A stretch of DNA of 64,000 bases from positions 26,226,001 to 26,290,000 of the forward strand of contig OZ024745.1 in the NCBI GenBank assembly GCA_964016885.1. The letters run 5' to 3'. The translations under genes and the position numbers were made by a program. Source of the DNA: Eledone cirrhosa. Its lineage: Eukaryota. Positions 15,559 to 30,301 of the stretch are shown piece by piece. Numbering within the stretch: the stretch's first letter is position 1; every line of letters begins with the position of its first letter. Below the pieces are notes generated by a model. The model made no database searches and was not told the origin of the DNA. It worked only from the letters and a program-made list of their open reading frames with translations.

Positions 15559-15593
<35 letters not shown>

Positions 15594-15731
15594 AATATTA
15601 TAATGATTTTCTGCTCTATGGCTGAGCTCTAACCCATTCGACAACTGCATGGCAGAACATCCTTATAATAACTACACTTTTCTTTCTTAAGTATCAAATA
15701 CTAATCTAAACCACACATAATTCTCTCTCTC

Positions 15732-15838
<107 letters not shown>

Positions 15839-16076
15839 GGGGAGAGAGAGAGAGAGAGTGAGTGAGTGAGAGAGAGAGACAAAGAGAGAGTTCGAATGTT
15901 CGAATATATATATATATAAACATATATCATTATATTTAATATAGAAATGGCTTCTACAGGACTAGAACTGTTTCATTAAAATATTTCTTTTGAAAGAAAC
16001 ATTTTTAGCCATTTCTATATTAAACATGTGCAACCCTGATTGAACCCGACACACACACATATACATGTATATAAAT

Positions 16077-16110
<34 letters not shown>

Positions 16111-16121
16111 AAACACACGTA

Positions 16122-16152
<31 letters not shown>

Positions 16153-16158
16153 GTACAA

Positions 16159-16198
<40 letters not shown>

Positions 16199-16204
<6 letters not shown>

Positions 16205-16273
16205 ATAGTTGGGAGGATCATATTGTTGTAATATTTGTTTCGACACACGATTTCATAGTAAAAAACAAATTCA
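16199..16273. mobile_element. Diverged minimal family A copy
   Basis: TTGTTATAGTTGGGAGGATCAT (arm end) joined to GTTTCGACACACGATTTCA...AAACAAATTCA (tail), with (TA)n flanks. Confidence 0.6.
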
Positions 16274-16310
16274 TATATATATCCAGAGAGAGAGAGAGAG
16301 AGGGGGGGAG

Positions 16311-16341
<31 letters not shown>

Positions 16342-16380
16342 ATGACTACGTAACAAAACGCATTACTTATCCACAATAAA

Positions 16381-16550
16381 AGAGGGTTGGACGCCATGCT
16401 TTCTAGCATAGTTACGTCCCTTTACAGTCTGAGTTCAAAATCCCGCCGAGGATTAACTTTGCCTTTCATCCTTACGGGGTCGATAAAATAAAGTACCAGT
16501 AATGTACTGGGTAATTGCTGGCCTTGTGCCAAAAGTAGAAACAATTATTA
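16381..16550 (+). mobile_element. Short-form tRNA-SINE, 5'-truncated
   Basis: Near-identical to other copies. Confidence 0.85.
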
Positions 16551-16598
16551 AAATCTACTTCAGTCTTGAGTACTCATTCTCCTGTCTATCACCATCAC

Positions 16599-16632
<34 letters not shown>

Positions 16633-16634
<2 letters not shown>

Positions 16635-19600
16635 GTATGACATTAAACTACATCCAGTGGCAAGGCTCCAGTTCGTGAGTTCAGGAGATGTGGGGAATGT
16701 GGAGTTACCCCTTAGTTGTCATGACTCCCAGGTCTGCCCTGGCCCGGGGTGGTAGTACCTGTTAGCGCTCCATTTATGGGTTAAATAACTACCTTATTCG
16801 AGTGGCGCCGGTAAGGTATTGTCAGCCATTGAAAAGAAATATGGAGAGTCGATCTAACAGCACTAGGGTTAGAGCCCCTAATTACACTGTCAAGGAGCAG
16901 CCTGGTCGTTATGACTCTGCTGGCTTAGAGCCACAGAGAGGGCCAGTGGATGATGGATCAGCTGTCTCTGAGACAAATATAAAGAATGCAGTTTTGTCCT
17001 GCAGAAGAGCCATCAAAATGGGCACTTTGAATGTGAGGACTATTCGAACACTGGAGAAGAGAGAGGAGTTGGGACATCTGTTCGAGGAGAGTGGTATACA
17101 GATACTTGCGATCCAAGAACACAGGATTCTACACGATGAGCCCGTGAGGAGTGTGATGATCGGGAGGAAGAGCCAGCTCATCACTACATCGGCAGTGAAG
17201 AACACAACAAATGCTGCAGTAGGAGGAGTGGGTTTTGTGTTCAGTGCAAAAACCAATCTGTTGGTGAGGGAAATAATGCCTATCTCCCCGCGAGTGTTGA
17301 GGGTGACCTTCAATGGAAACCCAAGACTGACAGTCATCTCAGCCTATAGTCCAACCGAGGGGGACAGTGATGTGAATGCCGAGGAGTTCCATGAGGAGGT
17401 TGTAGAGCTGTCAACACCACTCAGGCACACAATATCCTGCTTGTTTTGGGGGACTTCAATGCACATTTGTAAGGAGGGCAGTGAAGATCATTGCTGGTAC
17501 TTCCATAACAACACCAACCGAAATGGAACACTACTGAGAGACACCCTGCTGGAGGCGAACTTGATGGCGACCAACCTAAGGTTTAGGAAGAATCTGGGGA
17601 AGATGTGGACCTACATCTCAGATATGCACCTGTCCAAGTCCCAGATTGATTTCATTCTGGTGAGGAAAAAGTGGCGGAATAGTGTTCTAAACACGGAACC
17701 ATACAGCTATTTCAGTACACTGGGTAGTGACCACCGGCTTGTTATGAGTGAGGTCCGCGTGAGCTTAAGAAAGAGCAAGGCTCAGCCCCGGAGAAAATCT
17801 ATGACTGGGGAGCTTTCAAGGAAGATGATAAGCTACAGGAGAGGTTCACAGTGGAAATGAGAAACAGGTTTAGTGCTCTGTGTGGAGAGTCAGAGGAGAG
17901 TGTGACGAGGAGGTACGGGCACTTCACCAATGCAGTGGCGAAAGCAAGTGAAACCCTGGTGCCGAGGAAAAAGAACAAAGGGAAGCACGTCAGCTCTGCA
18001 AACCCAAAAGTGTGTGCAGCCAGAGAACACCTGAAAGCTGCCAGGGACCAATTCTATGCTGATCCTACGGAGGAGAGGATGGAGACTGTGGAGGTGATGA
18101 GGGAAGAGCTCTGTACCGTTTACACTGGGGTCAGAGAGGAGGCACTGATAGAGAAGATCAGAAGTGTGGAGAGAGCGGTTGACAGATCTGGATGTAAGGA
18201 GAGCTGGATGATCATCAACGAGATCACAGGGAGGAAGAAAAGGTGTTCGAGTCAGATCCAGGGAACGGGGCCCGAGGATAGGAAGAGGAAATGGCTAGAC
18301 CATTTTAGGACCCTACTAGGAGAGCCACCCTCCACAGCCCAGAGCACTGGGGAGATCAGGCGGCTGTTTGAGGAACTGGATGTTGAGACAGAGCCCTTCA
18401 CCAGAGAGGAGCTTCAGAGAGCCAAGAAGAAGATCAAGGAGGGCAAGGCTCATGGAGAAGATGGAGTGGCATCAGAGGTGATGAAGAGGTGTGATTTTGA
18501 TGATATCATCCTGGGGTTCTGTAACGGGGCACTGGAGAAAGGAGTTGCCCCGAATCAGTGGAGGATCAGTAACATCGTCCCAGTGCCAAAGAAGGGAGAT
18601 CTCTCTAACACCAACAACTACCGGGGGATCTCACTGACGTCACTTGTGGCAAAGACCCTCAACAGGATGATTCTTAACAGGATCCAGCCTGAGATGGAGA
18701 AGAAGCTCAGGGACAACCAGAACGGCTTCAGAGAGGGTAGATCAACCACCAGTCACATCCTGATGCTGAGGAGGATATTAGAGGGAGCTAGAGCAAAGTG
18801 CCTTCCTGCGGTCATGGTTTACATTGACTTTAGGAAGGCCTTTGATTCTGTGGACCGTTACTGCCTGATGAAGATCTTACAGGCTTATGAAATCCCCAAG
18901 AGGATAGTGGACCTGATATCACTGCTCTACACAAACACCAAAGCCCAAGTCATTACACCTGATGGGATGACAGAGTTCTTTTAGATACTGGCTGGAGTGC
19001 TCCAGGGAGATACATTGGCTCCCTACCTTTTTATCATCGTAGTGGACTATTGTATGCGCCGTGCACTGGAGAAACACCAGGACACTGGCTTTACTGTAGC
19101 ACCGGCTCAGAGCAGGAAAGTTGGGGCGAAAAAGGTATCGGATGCTGAATTTGCCGACGACATAGTTTTGGTGACAAATACAGTGAAGGAGGCAGAGGAT
19201 TTGATGCGGGAGGTTGAGACTGTGTCGATGAGTGTGGGGCTGAGAATGAATGAGACTAAAACAAAATATCTGGTAGAGAATGTTGAGAAGCCAGAGGGGA
19301 TCACTAATGTAGGCGGGAAGCCGCTGGAATTGGTTGAGGACTTCCTGTATTTGGGAGCAAAGATTGGGAATACGGAAGATGATGTGGTTGAGAGGAAGAG
19401 CAAGACCTGGGCGGCGTGTCACAGCTTGAGATCGGTGTGGAAGTCGGACCTTCGTAGAGACCTGAAGATCCGCCTCTTCATTGCTGTAGTGGAGTCTGTG
19501 CTGCTGTATGGGTCTGAGACTTGGACACTGACCAAGAGACGCACTCAGATGGTGGATGGGTGCTACACGAGAATGCTGAGGATGGCTCTGAACATTAATC

Positions 19601-19908
19601 AGTATACACTGAGGATGAAAAACTCAGAGCTGTATGGGAGCATCCCAAAAGTCAGCTCAAAAGTGACACAGAGGAGACTGAGGTTGGCTGGACATGCTCA
19701 CCGACATCCAGAGTTGACATTGCACTCAGTGCTCCTTTGGGAGCCCCTACATGGACACACTAGAAGAGGAAGACCAAGGTTAACATATGTTGATGCCCTA
19801 AGGACAGACACTGGTCTGTTGGAGATGCAGGATATGGCAGCGATAATGAGGGACAGAGACCGCTGGAGAGAACTCGTCCATGGATCTCGGGAATTTTTCC
19901 CGCCTTAG
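16633..19908 (+). mobile_element. Near-full-length RTE-group LINE
   Basis: About 200-bp 5' UTR and one disrupted APE+RT reading frame; bounded by (TA)n at both ends. Confidence 0.9.
16841..19908 (+). pseudogene. APE endonuclease-reverse transcriptase polyprotein, disrupted
   Basis: GTLNVRT, AIQEHR, GVGF, AYSPT, QIDFIL, SDHRLV; PKKGD..NYRGISL, QNGFR, IDFRKAFDSV, QGDTLAP, FADD, FLYLG, LLYGSETW, LAGH, GRPR. Frameshifts near 17400, 17470 and 17795; TAG at 18982. Confidence 0.9.
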
Positions 19909-19944
<36 letters not shown>

Positions 19945-20261
19945 ATGTGTGTGTGTGTGTGTATAGATCGGTTATATATAAGTCTATATTATTATAAGTT
20001 CAAGATTTCGGAGTGATGGAAGGCATGATGCAGAATTAAGTGCAACAACTGCAGGAGCTGGTGCAGTTATGCACCAGTTTAGCATTCGGTAACCAAAAGA
20101 AATGAGGTAGGTGTAAAAGCAAAACTCACTATTTTCCATTCGCCATTCGTGCCAACCCTAACCTGTAGTTATGAATCTTGGGGTATGACCGAAAGAATAC
20201 CTATATAACATTTTTCAAAATTAATATATTGCATTTCTAAGGATAAATAAATCAGTATATA

Positions 20262-20590
20262 CGTGGAAGGCACTCCGTCGGTTATGACGACGTGTGTTCT
20301 AATTGATGCGATCAACGGAACACCCTGCTCGTGAAATTAACGCGCAAGTGACCGAGCATTCAATAAACTCGTGTACTTTCGACGTAGTTCTCAGGAGATT
20401 CGGCCTGTCACAGAATTTGACAAGGCAAGCCCTTCAAATTACAGGTACAACTCATTTTTACCAGCTGAGTGAACTGGAGCAACTTGAAATAAAGTGTCTT
20501 GCTCAAGAACACAGCGTACCGCCGGGAATCGAACTCATAACCTTACGATCGTGAGCCGAATTCTTTAATCACAAAGCCACTCACCTTCAC
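20262..20590 (-). mobile_element. CORE-type tRNA-SINE
   Basis: B-box GAGTTCGATTCC, CORE-like TGTGTTCTTGAGCAAGACACTTTA...CACTCAGCTGGTAAAAATGAG; CAGTATATA duplicated at 20253 and 20590. Confidence 0.8.
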
Positions 20591-21973
20591 AGTATATAAG
20601 TATATCACCACATATACAAGATTAGCAGTTTGTTACAAGCTCACAGTAAGTACTCTATAGATTGCCACATTTGTAATGCTTTTGGGGAAAGTGTAACTAA
20701 AATGACATTCTATTTCCTATCCCCAGTGAATCATTGACATAGTGTAAGGAATCACATTGAAAAGATCTTAACTATTGCACGGTACTTTGGAACCATGCAC
20801 ATATTGTACTACATATGAGGTATATTTCATTTTTATGCCTTCCATTTGACGTCTTACCTTAATACATATATCAAATATTGCTTGAATACTAACAACGGAT
20901 TTTAGATAATAAAGACATTTTAAACTAACTTATCTTTAGTTTCTTTAGTTTCAAAATTAATACTTTGTCATAATAGTTTTCTCGTCTAAGCCGTTCTCTT
21001 TGGCTTATTTTTTTTATTCCTCTCCTTAATACAGCAATTATTTCCACTCTTGTCTCTATATTCTTTTCACTCCTCATACGCTTTACCACTTAAATGTACC
21101 CAAATACACACAGTCCCCTATTAAGGTGCAATAATTTTATCTAATTTTTTATTTATTTATTTCTCATCCTGAAGAAGTCTCATCTCCTAAGCGCTATTTA
21201 CCTTTGAAGTCAATGTAATAAAAGTTAGTTTACAGCCAGTTTTATACGATGTCTTGTCAAGCTTAAGAGTGAAACCGTCTTCAGTTGTTTATTTAATCAC
21301 CTACCCACTATTCCATTTTGTTTGGTGTTTTATCCAGCGAAAGAATTAATGATGCTTATGTTATATGTCAGGTCTATAAATGTCGTCTTTATATATCTAC
21401 TTTATATATGATGATGCTTGATTCTAATATAATCGAATACATTTTTAAAAGCAAACTTAATTAAATTTGACCGCTTTCTTTCTGAACTTAAAATTAATTT
21501 TAAATTCCCAGACAAACTTTACTGTATATAAGTTGTTCTTTTTCTACAATCCATGCTTTTTTTTTTTTTACAACAATAGATAATTATATAAATAAATGTA
21601 GGGCAATCGTGTGGCTGAATCGAGGAGAACTAAAGTAAATTTCCTAAAATATCTAGTTACTCTCTTTATGTTATGGTTTCGAATACCACCGATATTGAAG
21701 GCAGCTTTCATCCCTCAGAAAATAATAGAATAAATATTCTTAGATCTTGCCAACCATCTAAAAACCGCTTTCTATAAATGTAAGGCTTTATACACAATTT
21801 AAAAACTCCTCAATCAATTAGTAATAAATTGATAAATATATCAACTAATTATAGGTGGAAAATTAGTAGAGCCTTTAGATCATCGGAAAGAAAGCTTTTT
21901 TATATCGTTCTGGTCAACTTCGGGGGTCACTAAATACTATTACATCCAGTACTGGATCCGATTCTCCCGATAC

Positions 21974-22020
<47 letters not shown>

Positions 22021-22424
22021 TTGAAAATCTCAGCTATCTTCAGGCCTGTAGAGTGATGGGTTCTACTAGGTTTAAATGCTCAAAACACGACTTCATCCGG
22101 CGGTGAGAGTCCATGGATAGATGGGATATAACCTAATTAAACAAAACATAAATAACCCTACCACGAATTGCGAATGACCAGAATTCTCTAGATGAATGGA
22201 TTAATAAATATAAACACAAATACAGCATGTGTACGAATAACAAGTATATATTTGCTACTGTATTGATCAATTTAAGCACATATGTCACAGCTATCTTTGC
22301 CTTGAGGCAAGAGCGGTAGATTCATGCATTACAGTTCGTCACCATTTACTTTCTTACAGATAGGGGCCGCGGTACGAACGACTATTTTCTTAGATATAAT
22401 AATCAAACTATTATTTGTGAAGTC

Positions 22425-22640
22425 TAGGGCACTGGATTAACACAATCGATAGAGCATCGGACATGCTTTACGGAATATACTTACGTTCCTTTACGTTCTC
22501 AGTGCCAATCAGACCGAATTTAGTTTTGACTTTCGTCCTTACGGAGTCGATAAAATAAAGTACCAGTAATGCACTGGGGTCTATATAATCGACTTCCGCT
22601 CCTCCAAATTTTTTGCGCTTTTGTGTCAATTACAATCCAT
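22425..22640 (+). mobile_element. Diverged long-form tRNA-SINE
   Basis: GACTTTCGTCCTTACGGAGTCGATAAAATAAAGTACCAG core. Confidence 0.75.
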
Positions 22641-23059
22641 TACTTGTGAAGTCTTTTGAGCGGCTACTATTAATTAGCTATACCCCTGCATGATACATAA
22701 TAAAAGTGCATATAAAACCAAATACAATATGCTTGTGTATAATAAGCACACATATCGTATCACTGTAATTTAGGTGTGATCAAATCACAGTAATATCAGC
22801 ACCGGAGTAAAAGAAGACGATGAAATGCATCTCAATCGTGCTACAGTTCGGGATTACTCGCTTACATACTCCAAGATAATCAAGTATGAAACAATGAATT
22901 CTTATACTTACAGGTAGATTAAATACATGTTTAGTATGTCTCCTAACTTGTAACGAAGACAATGAAATTACCTTACAAAAAATGAGCATGTATTTATACA
23001 TAATATATATTTATATATGTGTGTGTGTGTGTGCATATATATGTATATATATATAAACA

Positions 23060-23147
<88 letters not shown>

Positions 23148-23173
23148 AACATATATATGTATACGTGTATATG

Positions 23174-23209
<36 letters not shown>

Positions 23210-23287
23210 CATATATATATATACGTGTATATGTATTTATATATATATATATATATATATTTACATATATATATATACGTGTATATG

Positions 23288-23350
<63 letters not shown>

Positions 23351-23419
23351 TATGAAGAGAGAAGAAACATTTAGATATAATTAGTAATAAAATGTATCAT
23401 ACCTAAACTGCTCCTAAAT

Positions 23420-23509
23420 TCCTCGACTACGTAGTTTCGTGGCATAAACAAAAACAATATATCATAAAGATATAAAGTCCTTGCGAGGTCTGCCGACTTA
23501 TCAAGAGGA
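23420..23509 (-). ncRNA. Type-I hammerhead ribozyme, U3-A8 core variant
   Basis: Minus strand TCCTC-TTGATAA-GTcGGCA...TGCCAC-GAAA-CTACGTAG-TC-GAGGA, inside a (TA)n-flanked insert at about 23350-23690. Confidence 0.7.
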
Positions 23510-23720
23510 TACCTCATTTTACTAGTCTCAAGAACGCGTCTACACGACGTGAGAAAGAATCCCAAAAGGCGGAGGGGGAGATAGTCACGCGATATAACGG
23601 TCGAGAAACAGAGCTAAGCCTCCTATAACCCCGAAGAAAATACCACGGAGGCGGAGGGGGTATTTATATCGAGGCCGCAGAAGATATATATAAATACATA
23701 TATACATATATGTATATATG

Positions 23721-23751
<31 letters not shown>

Positions 23752-23947
23752 CTATATCCCAAATTAAGATTAATCATATTATAAGGTATCTATTTTTGAA
23801 GTTCTAGTTAACTTTATTTAGTTACCTACCTAGCTATGCGTGCTTACACACTTGTACAAATTATCCCATGTGATTGTTTCATATGTTTATTTATATGTTA
23901 ATCAATTTCTAGTTGTTATACATATATATATATATACATATATATAC

Positions 23948-24084
<137 letters not shown>

Positions 24085-24178
24085 TATTCACAAAACGACA
24101 CAGATTATTGGAATACTGAATGCAAAACCAGACATAAACAAGTAATAGTTATTTTTTCAACTCTCTTTATAACCCCTT

Positions 24179-24294
<116 letters not shown>

Positions 24295-24704
24295 CTTCCC
24301 TCTCTCTATCTTCTCTCCTCTCAGTAAAATAAAACAAAGATAAGTCTACATTGCTCACTACGTTTAACATGACTAAGAAACCAGACTGTATCGTATCATT
24401 TAAAACAGAAACTAACGAAATCACTTTTATAGCTGAATGAAAATGAAGTTTCACCCAGAAAAAAGGGGGAAAAGTAGGGAATGTCAAAATCAAAGTGACA
24501 AAAAGAGAAAAAGAAATCAAACAAAAATAAGCGGAATTTGATTATCAAGTCTGTAATAATTGCTGCCTTCTCTCTTGACACAGATCAGTTTTCACACCCA
24601 AACAATTAACCAGCCAGAGAAAGGTATAAAACTATAATTAATAAACAAATAAAACAACAATGATTTCTACATAAATCTCTATTTACATCGGGCTGAATAA
24701 AACC

Positions 24705-25805
24705 CACCATGACGACGGCGGCGAATACGACGAATACGACGAATACAACGACCATCACCATAACCAACACCACCATCACCATAACCAACACCAGCACCAC
24801 CATCACCATAACCAATACCACCCCCACCATCACCATAACCAACACTACCACCACCATCACCATAACCAACACCACCACTATAACCAACACCACCACCACC
24901 TTCACCATAACCAACACCACCACCACCATCACCATAACCAACACCACCACCACCACCATAACCAACACCACCACCATAACCAACACCACCACCACCACCT
25001 CCATAACCAACACCACCACCATAGCCAACACCACCACCATAACCAACATCTCCATAACCACCACAACTTAAACTACAACCACCACCACTAACATAACCAA
25101 CACAACAAACATCTCCATAACCACCTCAACCACCACCACTAACCACCACCACTAACCACCACCACCATAACCAATACAACCAAAACCAATACCACCACCA
25201 CTACTAACATAACCAACACCACCACCACTACAACCACCACAGCCACCATCACCACCACCACCACAACCACCACAACCAAACCAACACCAACACCACCACC
25301 ACCATAACCACCACAACCACAACCAACACCACCGCCTCCATAACCAACAAAACCAACATCTCCATAACCACCACAACCACAACTAACACCACCACCACCA
25401 CCACCACCATAACCAACACCACCTCCACCACAACCAACATCTTTATAACCACTACAGCCACAACCAAAACCACCACCAACATAACCACTACAGTCACAAC
25501 CAACACCACCACCACCACCATAACCAACATACCCAAGATCTCCCTAACCAACACCACCACCACGATAACCAACACAACCAGCATCTCCATAACCACCAAC
25601 ACCACCAACAACACCAGTACCATGTCAAACACTATAATTATTATAACAACGACTATGACAACGATCACCACCACCCAGCACCACCATCACCACAACCACC
25701 ACAACCATCAACACTACTACCACCACTACTCTTAGTACCATCACCATTTATATTACCATTACCACCACCAGCAACACAATAAACATCCATATTAACACCA
25801 CCACA
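24705..25805. repeat. (ACC)/(AAC)/ACCATAACCAAC low-complexity array
   Basis: Direct read. Confidence 0.9.
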
Positions 25806-25902
25806 GTCGACCATTTGGTACCGAATTCGTTACCACAAAAATTAAACTATAAATACATAAGGACTATTTTTTCCATACATGCAAATAATCTCATAAAAAT
25901 TA

Positions 25903-27048
25903 ATGGTTTCTGATTTAGCCACAAGGTCAACAATTTTGGAGGCGAGGGGCAAGTCAATTAAATGGACCCAGTGCATTGCTGGTGCTTTATTTTATCGACC
26001 CCATAAGGATGAAAGGTGGGATTTGGATTCAGAAGGTAAAATGCCAACTATGAAGGATTGAGGCTAGAGCTGCAAAATCTTGGATGCATTAATTGCATTC
26101 GGTGGATTGGCAGTATCGGTAGAGGGTCGGACGCCATGCTTTGCAGCAAAGACTTACGGCCCTTTATGGTCTGAGTTCAAATCCCGCTGAGGTTAACTTT
26201 GTCTTTCATCCTTACGGGGTCGATAAAATAAAGTACCAGTAATGCACTGGGTAATTGCTGGCCTTGTGCCAAAAGTAGAAACAATTATTTAATAACTGCA
26301 TTGATTCTTCCTAGGAAATATGTTGAAAAATAAATCTCATTTGGTCATTCCATGACAGTATCTTGGTCAGCATATGAACTTTTCAGCCGACCCTCGTACA
26401 ACCACAGACCGAAAGTACTCAGTAAATAAAAGCATTGAAGGGAGTATATAATAATTGTTTCTATTTTAGGCACAAGGCCAGCAAATACCCAGTACATTAC
26501 TGGTACTTTATTTTATTGACCCCGTAAGGATGAAAGGCAAAGTTAACCAATTAAATTATTTAAGAGATTTAATTACGTATTCCTTTTAGCAATCTACATC
26601 GTGAAAAAGGTACCCTGAAAACCTTCATGAATAAATATGTATTAATTAGAAAGTTTGAAGGACACAAATCCGAAGCAAGGATGTCACACACAACGTTGTG
26701 TTATGCATCGTTGCTTTAGATTTTATTTGTAATTTTTGTATGGAAATTGTTTGTTGACATGATATTACTCGTGACTATATTTATGAAAGCGAGTTCTTTA
26801 CAAAAGGGTCCACTCTATATTAGCTAATATGGTTTCTGTTTAAGGCACAAGGCTAATAGATTTTGGGGGTAGGGGAAAGTCGATTAAATTGACCGAAGTA
26901 CATTACTGGTACTTTATTTTATCGACCTTGTAAGGATGAAAGGCAAAGCAAACCTCAGCAGGATTTAAACTCAGAACGTAAATGGACGTAACTCTATGCC
27001 GTAAAGCATGTGTCCGACGCTCTACCGATACAGCCAATCCACCACCCT
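25903..27048. mobile_element. Cluster of four tRNA-SINE copies
   Basis: 25903-26045(-) long, 26100-26290(+) short, 26450-26548(-) 3' part, 26828-27048(-) long. Confidence 0.85.
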
Positions 27049-27199
27049 AAATAGCAGCAAAGTAGGGAAATACCTTTCCAGAAGAGTTATATGGTGAAGC
27101 CCCTTACTCAATTGCATCCTTTGAATTATGTTTATGGTAGTTGTGCTAAATAACTGCTAGATAAATAGGCGCCCGCATGATTGTAGACTACATGTGTAT

Positions 27200-27458
27200 G
27201 TATACGTGTCTTGTATTATAGTCAGACGTGAGAACGAGTGCTCAATATCGAAGTAGAGTTTAAATATAAACTTATTATGGGTAAGTAGTGAGCCTTGTTA
27301 CTCTGGAGTTTTACTTGTGTACTAATACTTTCATGGGTGTTCAGGTGAAATTCCGGAGTAACAAGGCTCACCATTCAGCTACAATAAATGAATATTTAAA
27401 CTCTTCTTCGGTATTGAGTACTCATTCTTACGTCCGCCAATACTACATGGATATGTAC
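27200..27458. mobile_element. Diverged fold-back element
   Basis: 27200-27317 is inverse complementary to 27342-27458. Confidence 0.7.
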
Positions 27459-27628
27459 ACACACACATACACATATACATACATATATATATATACATGA
27501 GTTCCGGGTTCAAGATGTTGTAACCACAGTTAGTAAGGTACTCAATACATTAGTAAAGTGTAAACGTCAAGTTTAATATACAGGATTAGAACAGCTCTAG
27601 CTCTGTAGAATACATTTCTATATCAAAC

Positions 27629-27698
<70 letters not shown>

Positions 27699-29364
27699 CT
27701 TATACTAACAAACAAAAATGCATATTTTGTGTATTTGTATGTGCTTATGTCTATGAGAGATTTTGAATGAAAGTGTGGAGGGGAGCAAAAGGAGAGAAAA
27801 AGTTTAAGATGGTGGAGAGATATTTTCTTCGGTGAATTTATTACGAGACTACTGAAATAAATCTACTTGTTCTATATTTAGTTCTGTTCGTAAAACTTGT
27901 TTATAAATCTAAATTCATTTTTGCAGTTTTTATCTATGCCAGTTTTCTTTAAATAAAATCAGAACATAAAAAAACGTTTATAAATAAATGTTACAGAACC
28001 ATTGCCTGTTTAGACACATTTTAGAACAATCATACAAGATAAGGTATTCCATAGTCACCTAATTTGAATGTTTATTATTCTGGTCTGAGAGGAACTTATA
28101 TATTAAATTTTGGGCAGAGGTCATTAAGGCATACATTACATTGGTTATAGATTACTGTCCGACAGTTATGTCTGGCTCCAGTTCTCGTCTGACCAAATTG
28201 AAGTGTCTGTACTTTTAATTTTATGAAAGGGACACGTCGCACTTGCTAGAATGTCCATCTGCTGCCAATACCATCCACGGGAAAGTTTAAACGATATGGC
28301 TGATGTTACGCAGAAATGCAATAAGGCCGCAGCATTTGTTGAGTTTCCTGGGCAGAGAAAAGGTGTCGCTCTTTATCAGTTACCTTTGTCCATAGCTCGT
28401 CTCTTTCAAGGAGCTTTAGTCCTGGATTAAACAAAAGCGAGATTTAGCGCCCGGAGTCTGGATGCTGGAAGACGTTCACAACATTTGTAGTCTTCTACCA
28501 GTTTGTATTTTTAGAACGAGGAAGAACATCTAAGGAAAACTGTAGGCATAAATAAGAATCAAAAGGCTGGTGTGTACCGGAGGACATTAGGCCCGGGTAC
28601 TATGGATAAGCATTTGGTAATCCCTAGGCTGATAGTGATTCTGAAAGAACTTGCCAGTTCAAAATAAGCTTTACATACATGGAATGGGTGGAATACTGGG
28701 TGGCACACTGAGGACAAAGTCAATCCACACGCGCTCTTTCAATTCAATATTGGTGCATACAGCTTCTTCTTCTTTTTCTTGCAAGAATCGTTAGAGTATC
28801 AGAATATGTCTTGGGCTACTAGTTCCAGCTGTTTATCCCGAGTTGAAATACCACTGAGGCCAACATTATCATGCGTCCTTCCAAAATAAAGAACCAGCGG
28901 ACAACCAGGGTAGATTTAATCGGCTAAATTCTTTCATACAATTGCTACTATTCTGTCTAAATTAGAACTCACTAAAAGAGTAGTAGATTTATAGAATCGT
29001 TATATTATCAGAAAAAAACTATTTGCAATATTCTGAGTTTGAATTAATCCGAAGTCTACTTTCACATTCATCCTTTCGTGTCGATAAAACGAAGAACCAG
29101 TCAAGTAGTGGAATTGATATAATGATCTCTTCTCTCTTTCCACTTCCCTATTTTTCAAGACCAAAGAACTCTCCTATTGATACACACCTATCTGTGTCTG
29201 CGAGAACATTTATGTATATACATATGTATGTAGGTATATACGTATGTATATACGTATGCGCGAGTGTGTGTGTGTGTGTGCATCTTTAAGTATTTCTGAG
29301 GATTTCAATATATTATATATTTCGCTTGATTATTTTCCACGTTCAACAAACTTTATTATTTTTT

Positions 29365-29662
29365 ATTTTATTCTTTTACTGGTTTCATTCGTGAGAATGC
29401 GGCCATGCTGGGGTACAGCTGTAAATGGATTTAATCGAGCATATCACCCTCGGTAATCAACTTTTCTGGTACTTATATTATAGATTACTTTGTCTCAAAC
29501 ATAACCACAGGCACAAATATACACAGACAAATATCTATATACACATGCACTCGCACACATTGAAACATATACAATGTATTGGTTAACCCGGAGCTATAGT
29601 AGAAAACACTTACCATGGTGCCAAGTAGTCAGAGTGAACCACACAGCTATACCTGTGCCTAT
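29365..29662 (-). mobile_element. Decayed SINE of a third family (octopus-type)
   Basis: TGCGGCCATGCTGG...GCTATAGTAGAAAACACTTACCATGGTGCC...ACCACACAGCTATACCTGTGCCT resembles an abundant octopus SINE (from memory). Confidence 0.55.
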
Positions 29663-29734
29663 GGACATAACTTTCTCCCTATAAAATTCTCTGTCTCTCA
29701 TTTTCTCGCTTCTTTCTTTCTCTCTCTCATTTAT

Positions 29735-29772
<38 letters not shown>

Positions 29773-29775
<3 letters not shown>

Positions 29776-29913
29776 CGAAGGAAATGTGGTAAGGAACCAG
29801 GTGGACCATAACGCACCAAAGTACTCAATACTTAGGGTAATAGGTGGGTAAATAGAACGTCCAGAATTAGCCGCCGAAACGGCTTGAGCTCAGCCGTCGG
29901 GGTCCTACTCGTT

Positions 29914-29916
<3 letters not shown>
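29773..29916 (-). mobile_element. Fold-back family B copy
   Basis: Same termini as the copies at 52946 and 56812; (TA)n flanks. Confidence 0.8.
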
Positions 29917-29958
<42 letters not shown>

Positions 29959-29963
29959 ATATG

Positions 29964-30026
<63 letters not shown>

Positions 30027-30176
30027 AGATCAAAAGATGGTTAAACGAGTTCCAAGTATTTTATTATGCGCATTTCAAAAATGCGCATAATATTTATACT
30101 CCAGTCCTACAAAGTGTAGAGTGGTACTTATCCGATATTTGCCTTGCTTTATTGTACTACAATAAAACTCACCTCC

Positions 30177-30301
<125 letters not shown>

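Noticed and set aside
21165-21285. CTGAAGA...GAAACCGTC hammerhead candidate
   Set aside because: No helix I pairing
24709-25071. Mucin-like Thr-rich ORF
   Set aside because: Low-complexity ACC/AAC array with no signal peptide or splice support
28040-28870. GC-moderate region, possible LINE relic (also 32850-33170, 35030-35390 and 60080-60520)
   Set aside because: No convincing motif run, so left uncalled
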